Positions 19,991 through 28,813 of a DNA stretch of 64,000 bases are shown here, in pieces. The notes beneath the pieces were generated by a model, which made no database searches, was not told the origin of the DNA, and was given only the letters and a program-made list of their open reading frames with translations. The translations under genes and the position numbers were made by a program. This stretch comes from an uncultured delta proteobacterium (GTDB taxonomy: Bacteria; Desulfobacterota; Binatia; UBA9968), in contig CAVUZH010000003.1 in assembly GCA_963745835.1 (NCBI GenBank), positions 1,248,001 to 1,312,000 of the forward strand. Direction: 5' to 3'. Position 1 is the stretch's first letter, and each line of letters opens with the position of its first letter.

Positions 19991-19993
19991 CCT

Positions 19994-20206
19994 TTAGTCT
20001 TGACGTTTGGACTTTGGTCCGCCCGGTCGTCTGGTCTTCAGATATTGCTGAACGGATGTCACAGTCACGAAAGTTACGCCGTCAATATCCACGGTCTTTA
20101 GACGGCCATTCGCTACCGCTTCCCAAGCCGCTTGACGCGAGATCTTCAGCTGCTTGGCTGCGCTGGCGACGGTGACTATCTTGTTCGTGTCAATTCTGGG
20201 AGTCAT
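19994..20206 (-). CDS. Excisionase-like helix-turn-helix protein
   Basis: VTVASAAKQLKISRQAAWEAVANGRL. Confidence 0.75.
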   Translation of the reverse strand: MTPRIDTNKIVTVASAAKQLKISRQAAWEAVANGRLKTVDIDGVTFVTVTSVQQYLKTRRPGGPKSKRQD

Positions 20207-20722
20207 ATGCGCTTTGGTATCATCCTTCCTCAAGCCCCAGCTGCGCGTCGATTTACGCAAACCCGCGCGGCCTGGTGTTTCCGATAACTGGCTCGTTTTT
20301 TAGATAACAAATTCGAATGACAGCGGCACCACTTGACGGACTCGTAGCCATTGTGGTATCGACCCGTCCCTCGCTGCGCAGCGAATAGCTTGCGCTAACC
20401 TTTGACAGCCCTCAAAGGCGCTGCGCCGGCGAGGCCCAGGAACTTTGGGCATGGAGAAAACATCATGATGGTACTGCTTGGTTACTTCCTCATCGCAGCT
20501 GTAGCCGCCGTTGCAGCTTCGGCCCTCATCGGTCTTTTTCTTACCAACTTATCATCGTTCACTTCAAAAATTCTGATCGACTATCCCGATGGGTAGGCTC
20601 CGTGACTTCTGGAACCAGAAAAGAGACACATACTAATCCTCGCCCTTGGCGCTTCGAGTGCTTTTCTCGTCACGAAGCTCAAGCTCGCCTGGCCAGTGTG
20701 TTGATACGCCGCCGATAAAAAC

Positions 20723-21550
20723 ATGCCCCCACCTGGTACTGGCGTCTTGTCGTTTGGGCTAGTGGCGATCCCGGTCCGCATCCATACCGCGACACATAGC
20801 GAGAACGTATCTTTCCACCTGCTGCACGAAAAATGCGGCTCGCGCGTGCGCAATCAGCACTATTGCCCAGTCTGTAACATCGTCGTTGAGCGTGCAGATC
20901 TTGTCCGCGGCTTCCAGCACGCCAAAGATCAGTACGTGCCGATCACCGAAGAGGAACTCGAAAGCCTCGAGGCCGAAGCCAACAACAGCATCGACTTAAA
21001 AGAGTTCATCCCGCTTGCTTCAGTCGATCCGGTCTATTTCGAGAACACTCACTATCTCGGCCCCGACAAAGGCGGAGAGAAGCCTTATCGCCTGCTTGCT
21101 GACGCAATGGCAAAGAGCGGCCGTGTCGCGATTGCCGAACTTGTAAGCCGCGGTAAAGAGCAGCTTGTACTGATCCGGCCATACCGCAAAGGTTTGGTGC
21201 TTCACACGATGTACTACGGTAATGAGGTTCGGGACTTCAAACAGGTGCCCAAAGGCGAGAACGTGAAGATTTCGGAAACGGAATTGGAGCTCGGCGTCGG
21301 TTTGATCGAGCGCCTTACATCGGAAGAGTTCAATCCGGAGAATTACAAAGACGAGTATCGCATCCGCGTGCTCGGCATGCTCGATGAAAAGAGCAAAGGT
21401 AAGGAAATCGTGATCGACAAAGCGCCGGCGCCGAAGCACGGCCAGGTGATCGACATCATGGAAGCGCTAAAGCGCAGCATGGAAAGAGTCCCGGCGAAGA
21501 AGAAACCCGCAACGTCCACGGCGGCAAAAAAGAAAAAGAAAGTTTCCTAG
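20723..21550 (+). CDS. ku: Non-homologous end joining protein Ku
   Basis: LSFGLVAIPV, FHLLH..CGSRV, VDPVYFENTHYL, YKDEY, VIDIMEALKRS, Lys-rich tail. Confidence 0.95.
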   Translation: MPPPGTGVLSFGLVAIPVRIHTATHSENVSFHLLHEKCGSRVRNQHYCPVCNIVVERADLVRGFQHAKDQYVPITEEELESLEAEANNSIDLKEFIPLASVDPVYFENTHYLGPDKGGEKPYRLLADAMAKSGRVAIAELVSRGKEQLVLIRPYRKGLVLHTMYYGNEVRDFKQVPKGENVKISETELELGVGLIERLTSEEFNPENYKDEYRIRVLGMLDEKSKGKEIVIDKAPAPKHGQVIDIMEALKRSMERVPAKKKPATSTAAKKKKKVS

Positions 21551-21678
21551 TTTATCACCCACCTCACAGCGTCCAGCTCTTAGTCGCATTAACGCGACGT
21601 CGCACTGTGTCAAAAGTAACAGGCTTAAGACGTTTCGCAGCCTGACCATACCTTTTGTTAATAAAAACAGGCGATGGC

Positions 21679-21900
21679 ATGTACGTTGCTGCCTTCGATC
21701 AAATGAGCAAAGAACGACTTTGCGACCATTGTGAGGGGATACTCACGAGCAAAGCTTATCGCGTGATCAGTGAGGATCCGGAAGGCGGCGGGATATTGCT
21801 CGACATGATTGTGTGTCGTCCGTGCAGCGACAAAGCGCAAGAACTTGGCTTACAAATTGACGAAATAGACTTTAACGACCGGTATCTAAAAAGGGGGTAG
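21679..21900 (+). CDS. Small zinc-binding protein
   Basis: CDHC...CRPC motif pair. Confidence 0.6.
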   Translation: MYVAAFDQMSKERLCDHCEGILTSKAYRVISEDPEGGGILLDMIVCRPCSDKAQELGLQIDEIDFNDRYLKRG

Positions 21901-21956
21901 CTAACTTAACAAAGAAAAACAAACGCGCGCTTGTTCTAAGGACGGAGGGTAGCAAC

Positions 21957-22196
21957 GTGGCAATGTATCGCATCTGTGCCGTGTGCATTGCGTGTGGTGG
22001 TCTTCATACAATGGAAACCACAATTAGCTTACCCGTGGGACCTGTCAACAAACAAAGCATTGGGGAGGCGTATTCTAATAAAGATCCTCCTCTCCAAATA
22101 GCCGCGCTGAAGTACGTGCGAGTGCATTGCCCTAAGACCGGGCGACACTACGCACAGAGAGACGATAACAAAGTATTCCTCGTTCCGCTTACCTAG
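21957..22196 (+). CDS. Small zinc-ribbon-like protein
   Basis: CIACGGLH...HCPKTG; RBS ggagg. Confidence 0.6.
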   Translation: MAMYRICAVCIACGGLHTMETTISLPVGPVNKQSIGEAYSNKDPPLQIAALKYVRVHCPKTGRHYAQRDDNKVFLVPLT

Positions 22197-22250
22197 CATC
22201 ATTGACCGGGTTGACCTCCGGCTAGGCCGACCCGGCAGCCTGCAGAGGTC

Positions 22251-22420
22251 CTAAAATTCCAACCGTCTTTTGTCCACCCATTCTCGCGCCAGTTCCAATC
22301 CATGCGCTCGGCTTCCTTCATCGTCTTGAATATCTTGCCCTCGATTCGCGCGAGTTCGATGATTGAACCGGCTCGGGCGGGTTTGAAAACAGAGCCACGG
22401 GACTCGCATCCCTCCATGTA
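22251..22420 (-). pseudogene. Small hypothetical protein, frameshifted
   Basis: SRGSVFKP..IIELARIEGKIFKTMKEAE continues in another frame as AHGLELAREWVDKR. Confidence 0.45.
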
Positions 22421-22501
22421 TACGGAGTGGAGGAGCCGGAGATCTTGTAGCCTTTGTATTCGAGCATTGCAGTCTGTCCCGTTGCTGATAGCTACTGATG
22501 A

Positions 22502-22590
22502 TCATTGCTGTCGGATTCAGAATCCGCTGATAAACCGCACGCTCCTCCAGCAGTTTCTGCTTAAACTCCGCGTCCGTGGATGATGCCTTC
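22502..22590 (-). repeat. Copy d of the repeated small-gene 3' fragment
   Basis: Encodes TDAEFKQKLLEERAVYQRILNPT, matching copy c. Confidence 0.8.
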
Positions 22591-22988
22591 AACGTTCAAG
22601 CGATTGCAACGGGAGTCCGTGACAAAAAAGAGACCGCTGTACGCCTGCGCAGATTAGATTTGTTTCTATCCGATAGCTTAAGGGGGGCCAATTTGGCTAG
22701 AAGCGAAGGCCGCCCCAGTCTACCCCAGAGCGGCCCATGAGTGTTGACAGGTTTTACGCCGCTCTGCCGCCCTCACCGCGGATTTTAACGAGCTTACCTT
22801 TCGGTGTTTTCTCCGTCGGCTCATCCTTGAAACTCAGCACAGTCTGAAGATAATGGTGGCCAAGTTGGTCCTGGAGGATGTTGCGCCATAGATGTTCCTG
22901 CTGCTGTTCTTTTGGTTCTTGTTTCAAGCTCGCACGTCTCAGGGTTACTCTACTTATCCGCCTTCGAAACCTTGTCTTTGCGAAGTCA

Positions 22989-23318
22989 TCAAGCTTGTAC
23001 TAAGAATGCGCTCTTACTAATTGCCGTGCTAATTGCTTCTAGGTCTTCGTGAAATTTAATAGGGTCACCTAAGTCATTTTTCATAAGAGTAATGTAACCC
23101 TGAATAATGCTCATCAGGCTGGTGAAATCAGCCATCTCTTCCTGTATAGCGATTGAACTTTCAGTAAGACTCGACTGGTATGTCTGTTTCTGCAGATTCT
23201 CAGGCGAGTCAAAGTGACTTTGTGCAGCAATGAGGTCCGCTGTTATCTGCGAGGCGCGTGCTTCAAGGCGTAGGCTAATGTACTGCAACTCTTCTCGGAA
23301 TTTTTCTGCCTGAGTCAT
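22989..23318 (-). CDS. Stand-alone HisKA (DHp)-like protein lacking the phospho-His
   Basis: MADFTSLMSIIQGYITLMKNDL...EDLEAISTAISKSAFLVQ resembles the AHDFNNLL..I.GY pattern. Confidence 0.55.
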   Translation of the reverse strand: MTQAEKFREELQYISLRLEARASQITADLIAAQSHFDSPENLQKQTYQSSLTESSIAIQEEMADFTSLMSIIQGYITLMKNDLGDPIKFHEDLEAISTAISKSAFLVQA

Positions 23319-23750
23319 ATTCTACGGCATGCGCTTACTGGCACTGAATGTCTATACATAGCAATGCTTACTCTACGCTCGGATTTCTAGGCGTCTGTCT
23401 AATATTGAACATATTTCCTCTTGGGCAAGACGTATGCAGAAGTGGGAGGATCAAAAAAAAATGAAATCAAATAAAACCCATGTCCAAACGGCCGACTCGG
23501 AAAGCCTAGACGACATACAGACGGCTTTATTCATTAACCATATAGACGCCAGATCGGATGAGACCGGGACGGTGAAAAGCGTCCACTCGAAAAAGAGATA
23601 GACACGTGGGTGGACAAACAAAGATGACCGATGTTGATCACTATCGGGAACTAGGATTTGGAATATTTTGGGATCGCCGACCTATCTTCTTCTAATTTGA
23701 GCGAGTGGTAGATTAAAGACAAACGACGGCACTTTTATGGGGAGTAACAA

Positions 23751-24008
23751 ATGAACCCCAATCGCTTCAATCGATATGCCGTGAGCGAAACCGGCGCGGA
23801 TCACACTCTATTACCCGAAGTAGAACTTTGGACGGAAGTTATACTACAGGCAATGGATGACCTCCATGGAACTACAGCACATTTGGACCACCGCTCTGCT
23901 AGGGCATGGTTTGCTTCTGACCGTACTGAACTAGGCACCTTCGTTTGGGCTTGTCAGGCCATCAATGTGGATGCGAATTTCATTCGCTGCCGATTGGTAA
24001 AGACCTAG
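23751..24008 (+). CDS. Hypothetical protein, phage-type
   Basis: PEVELWTEVILQAMDD...ARAWF...GTFVWACQAINVD; RBS ggggag. Confidence 0.7.
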   Translation: MNPNRFNRYAVSETGADHTLLPEVELWTEVILQAMDDLHGTTAHLDHRSARAWFASDRTELGTFVWACQAINVDANFIRCRLVKT

Positions 24009-24307
24009 ATGCGAATCCAGACGAGCTAGTACCACGCGACAAATCACTCCAGTCGGTTTTCAAAGTTTCAGATCAACCCACTTTTTCGCGAATACCAGGC
24101 CGGCCCGCTCTGGCTTGCTCAGCGTACCGTAAGGTTTCGATGCTTGAGGCGGCGATGATCTCGGGTGTCTTCTTACGTTTAGGCATCATGTGTCCGGTGA
24201 CTTCAAATACTCCCGAATTGGGTCGTTCTTGCAAAGAAAGATAGTTGTGATATTAACTCGCGGCATTTTTGGCGTGGACATCGGCCCACAACTCGATCGG
24301 AGAAGCA

Positions 24308-24490
24308 ATGAAGCCATTCCTCGCGTACATCTCGGATGTCTTAAATAAATGCCAAACGTATCTCAGCGTGACAGCACAGCGATCGCCCCCGGAGGTGAGG
24401 TATCGGCAAGACATACTAATCATCTCCGCAGTAGTGCTAGTGATCTTAGCTCTTTTCTTGATCGGCGCATACGTCATCACTAGGTTTTAG
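24308..24490 (+). CDS. Small membrane protein
   Basis: C-terminal hydrophobic helix ILIISAVVLVILALFLIGAYVI. Confidence 0.5.
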   Translation: MKPFLAYISDVLNKCQTYLSVTAQRSPPEVRYRQDILIISAVVLVILALFLIGAYVITRF

Positions 24491-24532
24491 GCCCAGCGTG
24501 CCTTCGCTGCATTTGCACCGGGAGATACTCAC

Positions 24533-24847
24533 ATGTTTAAGTTGCGCAGATTCTGTTGCGGACATAAGAAAGACACATTCCTTGCACGATTAATGACGAT
24601 CCTTTTCGTCGCTGTTTGTCTCAGCGGTTGCAGTGACAAAGATTCACAAGGGTCTTTGGAAATTGATGTTATGGCGTGGAATGAAAAGGCAGACAAACTC
24701 AAAGCCAAAATAAAAAAGGCTGCTGCTGAGAATGATTCGGTTGCCCATCGGAACAACGAAGAAGAGGCTAAACGTCTCCAAGTTGAGCTAGGGGAATTAC
24801 TCGAACGGACTAGTGCATTAGAGGCAGAAAAAGAAGGACGGATCTGA
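24533..24847 (+). CDS. Putative small lipoprotein with coiled coil
   Basis: ILFVAVCLSGC lipobox followed by a charged helical region. Confidence 0.55.
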   Translation: MFKLRRFCCGHKKDTFLARLMTILFVAVCLSGCSDKDSQGSLEIDVMAWNEKADKLKAKIKKAAAENDSVAHRNNEEEAKRLQVELGELLERTSALEAEKEGRI

Positions 24848-25168
24848 AGCTTTAAGCATCCAACGTTAGCGAGCATTGCCCGCGCTCAGCGGACGGACCG
24901 GTGTCTTGATGCCCTTGATCATCGATTGCCTGCTGATCGTCGTCATCAAAGATTCCCGCTAAGTGATCCTTAAATGTATGCGTCATGTTAGATTTGTTGT
25001 CTGATACATTTTTACTTACTGCCTGCATCTTCATTAGGTTTTAGTTTGCTTACTTGGTCAGTGTTTGCTTGCTGATAGCAGTTGTCAAAAACCTCTATTT
25101 CTCCTTGCAAAGCCACAACTTCGTGATAGGGCTTGGACACCACTTACAGCACCGGGGGATACTCAACC

Positions 25169-25318
25169 ATGATCGCTCTGCGCGACTTCTCTTCGAAGTA
25201 CGGCAATGACCTATTGATAGTCTCATCTGTAGTTGCCGGATTAATGCTTTGTCTGCTTGTGCGAAAGACGACAAAATGGATTACAACAACGCTCGAAGCC
25301 ATCGAGGATAGCGATTAA
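25169..25318 (+). CDS. Small single-TM protein
   Basis: LLIVSSVVAGLMLCLLV. Confidence 0.4.
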   Translation: MIALRDFSSKYGNDLLIVSSVVAGLMLCLLVRKTTKWITTTLEAIEDSD

Positions 25319-25426
25319 CCGCTCACTGACGAGCGATTCGATCTCAGCGGCCTCGCCTACTTCACCAGTCCGCAGCGCCGTCGGCTTTCGCTCCTGTCAT
25401 TGCTCTATTCACGATTGCGCCAAGGT

Positions 25427-25672
25427 TTAAAAACTTCTCCTTTGAAGAATCGCATTGAACTCCACGATCCCAACCTCGTCCACCATCGCCTTCGCTCGCC
25501 TGAGCACATACCGATCCATGCGACAACGACCGGAGCAAACCAGCTTAACCGGTGCGTGCTTGTTCTTGACGGCCATTGGAGCGTGACAAAACGGATTAGA
25601 GCATCGTTCAGGATACCCTTGGAACTCCGTTAACGCCTCACTGGCGAACGTTTGAGGATCAGCCATTGCCAT
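25427..25672 (-). CDS. Small zinc-finger protein
   Basis: CSNPFC...CSGRC. Confidence 0.55.
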   Translation of the reverse strand: MAMADPQTFASEALTEFQGYPERCSNPFCHAPMAVKNKHAPVKLVCSGRCRMDRYVLRRAKAMVDEVGIVEFNAILQRRSF

Positions 25673-26020
25673 TCCTTTGCCCAACACGACTGCTTCTTCC
25701 TTTGCATGATCATCCGCAGCATCTGCCGTCGCCGGGGCTTATTAAGTTTGGTCCGCGAGACATTCCTGAGCTGCGAGATTCGCGTTGAAGAGACGAGCCT
25801 CCGCCACAAATTCAATTTTGAAATACGGCGTTCTTTCGAAGCACTTGCACCTTTAGCTTCTTTGCCTTGTGAGCCTTGTAGCCCAGTCCGGTCATTGTTC
25901 CCGCCGCTCAAGGCGCTACGTCCGGAATCCAAACTTTTCGATCGGCCAGCGGGACTGGCCTCAATCCCTCCGGGAGCTCCATACTCTAGTCTGCATCTAC
26001 AAAAATTCCGCAGGCGCCGT

Positions 26021-26728
26021 TCACTGCCAGTGCTCGCACGCAATGTATAAATCACCCGGAATCCAAAACTCGTAACGCTGCAGCGCGCTGTCCAAATCGA
26101 AATCAATCTTTTTTGCAATCTCGCGCGCACGTTCCCAGCACGGCACGCATTTTCCGCGCTCTCCCTGCTGAACGTACACATTGATGATAGAATCGTACTT
26201 TTTAAAGATTGCGTTTTCTTCCGAAAACAGAAGATCCAATCGTTCTAGGTAACTGTATTCATCCTCATAAGCATAACCGTCATACACTGAGGGCTTGCCG
26301 AAGTAAGTTTTTCCTTTTTCCCACTCCGGCAAGTTGGGATCTTCCGCGGCTGGAGGGCGATCATCAAAACAATCGGCTTCGTCGTCCTCGTCAAGGTCGC
26401 GGCCTACAACGCGGCGCAACTCCGGTGCATCCCACTTCCACCAAGCCCAAGGGCGCAGCCCGGGGCGGTAATGCGCATGCGCCGGTACAAGCTCATCTCG
26501 AACCGCTTCGTACAATTGTTTTTTTGTTTCTTTATCGCCACGCTCCTCGCAGAGCTGTGTAAAAAAGAAATGTCCGGTAACCAAACCTCGAAGTTCTGCC
26601 AAGCCGGCATTGGCTCTGAATTTATAGTCAACATTCCATGGTATGCCTTGTCGAATCAGGTCGTGCAGATCCGAAATAATCCGGTCATTGATTCGTTTGA
26701 CGCGGATCATCTGTTTGCGTACCGGCAT
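26021..26728 (-). CDS. Hypothetical protein downstream of terS
   Basis: 235 aa, PGLRPWAWWKWD motif, starts 2 bp after the terS stop. Confidence 0.7.
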   Translation of the reverse strand: MPVRKQMIRVKRINDRIISDLHDLIRQGIPWNVDYKFRANAGLAELRGLVTGHFFFTQLCEERGDKETKKQLYEAVRDELVPAHAHYRPGLRPWAWWKWDAPELRRVVGRDLDEDDEADCFDDRPPAAEDPNLPEWEKGKTYFGKPSVYDGYAYEDEYSYLERLDLLFSEENAIFKKYDSIINVYVQQGERGKCVPCWERAREIAKKIDFDLDSALQRYEFWIPGDLYIACEHWQ

Positions 26729-26730
26729 TT

Positions 26731-27063
26731 TTATCGTCTACCTCCATATCTCAGCGACGGCGGCCTTGGTTTATCTGGCTCCTCGCTTAGATTTAGTTCG
26801 CGAACAAGACGAGCAAATGCGATCCTCGAATCCTTTTCGACTACTGCTTCCGGCCGAATTTTCGTCTCGCCATACTTGTTTTCGAATGTCATCCCGTGCT
26901 TTTTGATGGCTTCACGTGCCTGCTGGCACCGATCCCACGCTTCGGCAGCCAGTTGGAAAAGTCTGACGTGATGCGACTCTAATTCGTAGTCGGAAAGCAC
27001 ACTTTCGAACCATTTCCGTGTCGTTGCGCGTAGGTGCTTAGGTGCTTTCTGGTTTGGGGTCAT
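26731..27063 (-). CDS. terS: Phage terminase small subunit, P27 family
   Basis: KAPKHL..TRKWF, AWDRCQQAREAIKKHG, KIRPEA, LVRELNL. Confidence 0.8.
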   Translation of the reverse strand: MTPNQKAPKHLRATTRKWFESVLSDYELESHHVRLFQLAAEAWDRCQQAREAIKKHGMTFENKYGETKIRPEAVVEKDSRIAFARLVRELNLSEEPDKPRPPSLRYGGRR

Positions 27064-27069
27064 CGTTTT

Positions 27070-27294
27070 TTATAGAAACGGGGTCGGTCCGCTTATAAAC
27101 GCGACTGCTGAGCGGTCCACACCGCTGATAATCGTGAACAATTGCACGGCCCCGGTTTTCAGCCCGATTTGAATTCTTTGACTCGCTCCTCGCGACGCTT
27201 GCACTCTTTGCAAATCGGTTCGCGCTTGCATTTGCCACCGGCCACAATTCCAGATGCACGGAATGTGCGGCTTTCTGTTGTTTGGTTTGCCCAT
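27070..27294 (-). CDS. Small Cys-rich protein upstream of terS, probably frameshifted
   Basis: PCIWNCG, then PICKEC in another frame. Confidence 0.4.
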   Translation of the reverse strand: MGKPNNRKPHIPCIWNCGRWQMQARTDLQRVQASRGASQRIQIGLKTGAVQLFTIISGVDRSAVAFISGPTPFL

Positions 27295-27486
27295 GCTAGT
27301 TACTCAGCCTCCAAAGGGCTCATGGCAAGATCTTTCAATTTCGGATAATGGCTTGCAACATCTTTGCAGTGAAAAACTAGTCATCCGCGGGGATGATTAC
27401 AGACGCCGCCAAGATCAAAATTGACAAATCCTAAACTTCCGGTTGTGTTTCCTTTATCGTGAAGATCCCTCGAGTATCTTCGGAAG

Positions 27487-27879
27487 TTACGATTTGCCTT
27501 TTTCGATTTCGCGCAATGCGAGCAGCACACGCTTCCCTTCAGCAACAACAGCTGATACAGTACAGCCTGACATGCCGAGATACTCTTTCTTGGCTTCGTG
27601 CGCGATCAAGCTCTTTCCGGCCACCTTCGATCGCCTCATCAAGAAATCGCTCTTGGCCTTCGAGAATTTCAGTTCTTCACGAAGGGATGATTTGGTATCG
27701 ATACTCTTAATAACCGCCGTCAAAAAAAGTCCACTCAATGCGCTGCGCGTATCTACTACTGGCGCCATGATCTTCATCGTAACGTTATTGATCTCATTTC
27801 TTACGCTTTGCTTCTCGGCCTGCAGGACTTGCATCTGCTGCTTGATCTCCGTTGTTGATATCGCCTGATTTGATTCCAT
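27487..27879 (-). CDS. Hypothetical protein with N-terminal coiled coil
   Basis: 130 aa, RBS aggag, same operon direction. Confidence 0.6.
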   Translation of the reverse strand: MESNQAISTTEIKQQMQVLQAEKQSVRNEINNVTMKIMAPVVDTRSALSGLFLTAVIKSIDTKSSLREELKFSKAKSDFLMRRSKVAGKSLIAHEAKKEYLGMSGCTVSAVVAEGKRVLLALREIEKGKS

Positions 27880-27905
27880 TTACTTTCTCCTCTTCTTTTT
27901 TTGGG

Positions 27906-28427
27906 TTATCGATTTAGCAGGTGTGAAAAACTAACCGGCCGCGTTCTACATTCGCATCGAACACTGGCCAAGAATTTCTCCGTAAACTCTTTCTGGAATT
28001 TCTCCGCGGCTGGCTCGCTTTCGCCCTTGCCAAGCATCCCCATGAACCGACCCTCGATCATTTGCTGGCGATGTTTAGTTTCATGCGCCGTTACACATGC
28101 GACTTTACCGGCGCAGTCAGAGCCATTCATGCGGATAGCGATAGTATTAGAACTCGGTAACGCATACCCCAGCTTATTTGGTGATTTTCGAATCTCTTCG
28201 GCGGTCATCTCGCGGACCGCCGGTGGATCGATCCCCAACGTGAAGCTGGCAAGTTCGCAGGCTGCCCATGCGACTATATCCCGCCGAGGCGGATCGATCT
28301 CAATGAAGCTGCGAACCAAACGCGCGCGGCGTGCTATCTGGCTCTTATGCTCTTCCACTCGGATCAAACCCCGTTGGTAAATTTCTCGACGGTCAAAGTT
28401 CCGATCAGCTCGTTCGTAATAACTCAT
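27906..28427 (-). CDS. Putative HExxH zinc metallopeptidase (zincin-like)
   Basis: TAHETKH followed by ESEPAAEKF; ATG 28427 overlaps the upstream stop. Confidence 0.6.
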   Translation of the reverse strand: MSYYERADRNFDRREIYQRGLIRVEEHKSQIARRARLVRSFIEIDPPRRDIVAWAACELASFTLGIDPPAVREMTAEEIRKSPNKLGYALPSSNTIAIRMNGSDCAGKVACVTAHETKHRQQMIEGRFMGMLGKGESEPAAEKFQKEFTEKFLASVRCECRTRPVSFSHLLNR

Positions 28428-28737
28428 GTTGCTCCTAATTCTTTCCCGATTCCGCTTTTCGCCTGAATAAACGCTTCCAAGTCCGTCCGCGCGAATCGAA
28501 CGTAGTGACCCAACTTGATGCTTTTGATTTTTTGCTCCCGCGCCATCGATGCGAGCCAAGTGGGCGAACATTTAAAAATTGTGCTGCCTCTTCGGTGTCG
28601 AATAAGAGCTTTTCCGGCTTGCCATTCCGAGCAATTAGAGAGTTCTGAAGCTCTTCCCGCACAGCCTGACGCACAAGCTGCTTCAGTCCTTCAAACAATG
28701 GATTGACCGTATCCGGCGCCGGTAAAGTGGGTTTCAT
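28424..28737 (-). CDS. Excisionase-like HTH_17 protein, single frameshift near 28565
   Basis: LLFDTEEAAQFLNV(fs)PTWLASMAREQKIKSIKLGHYVRFARTDLEAFI. Confidence 0.75.
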
Positions 28738-28813
28738 TTAATTGAACCGCCGAAGATGTTTAGTGCGTCCTGCACCTTCGCGTTACTATGGCCGTTCGGA
28801 TTCGTTGCTTTTC

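Noticed and set aside
27064-27480. cos packaging site upstream of terS
   Set aside because: The position is plausible and short palindromes exist, but no sequence could be assigned with confidence
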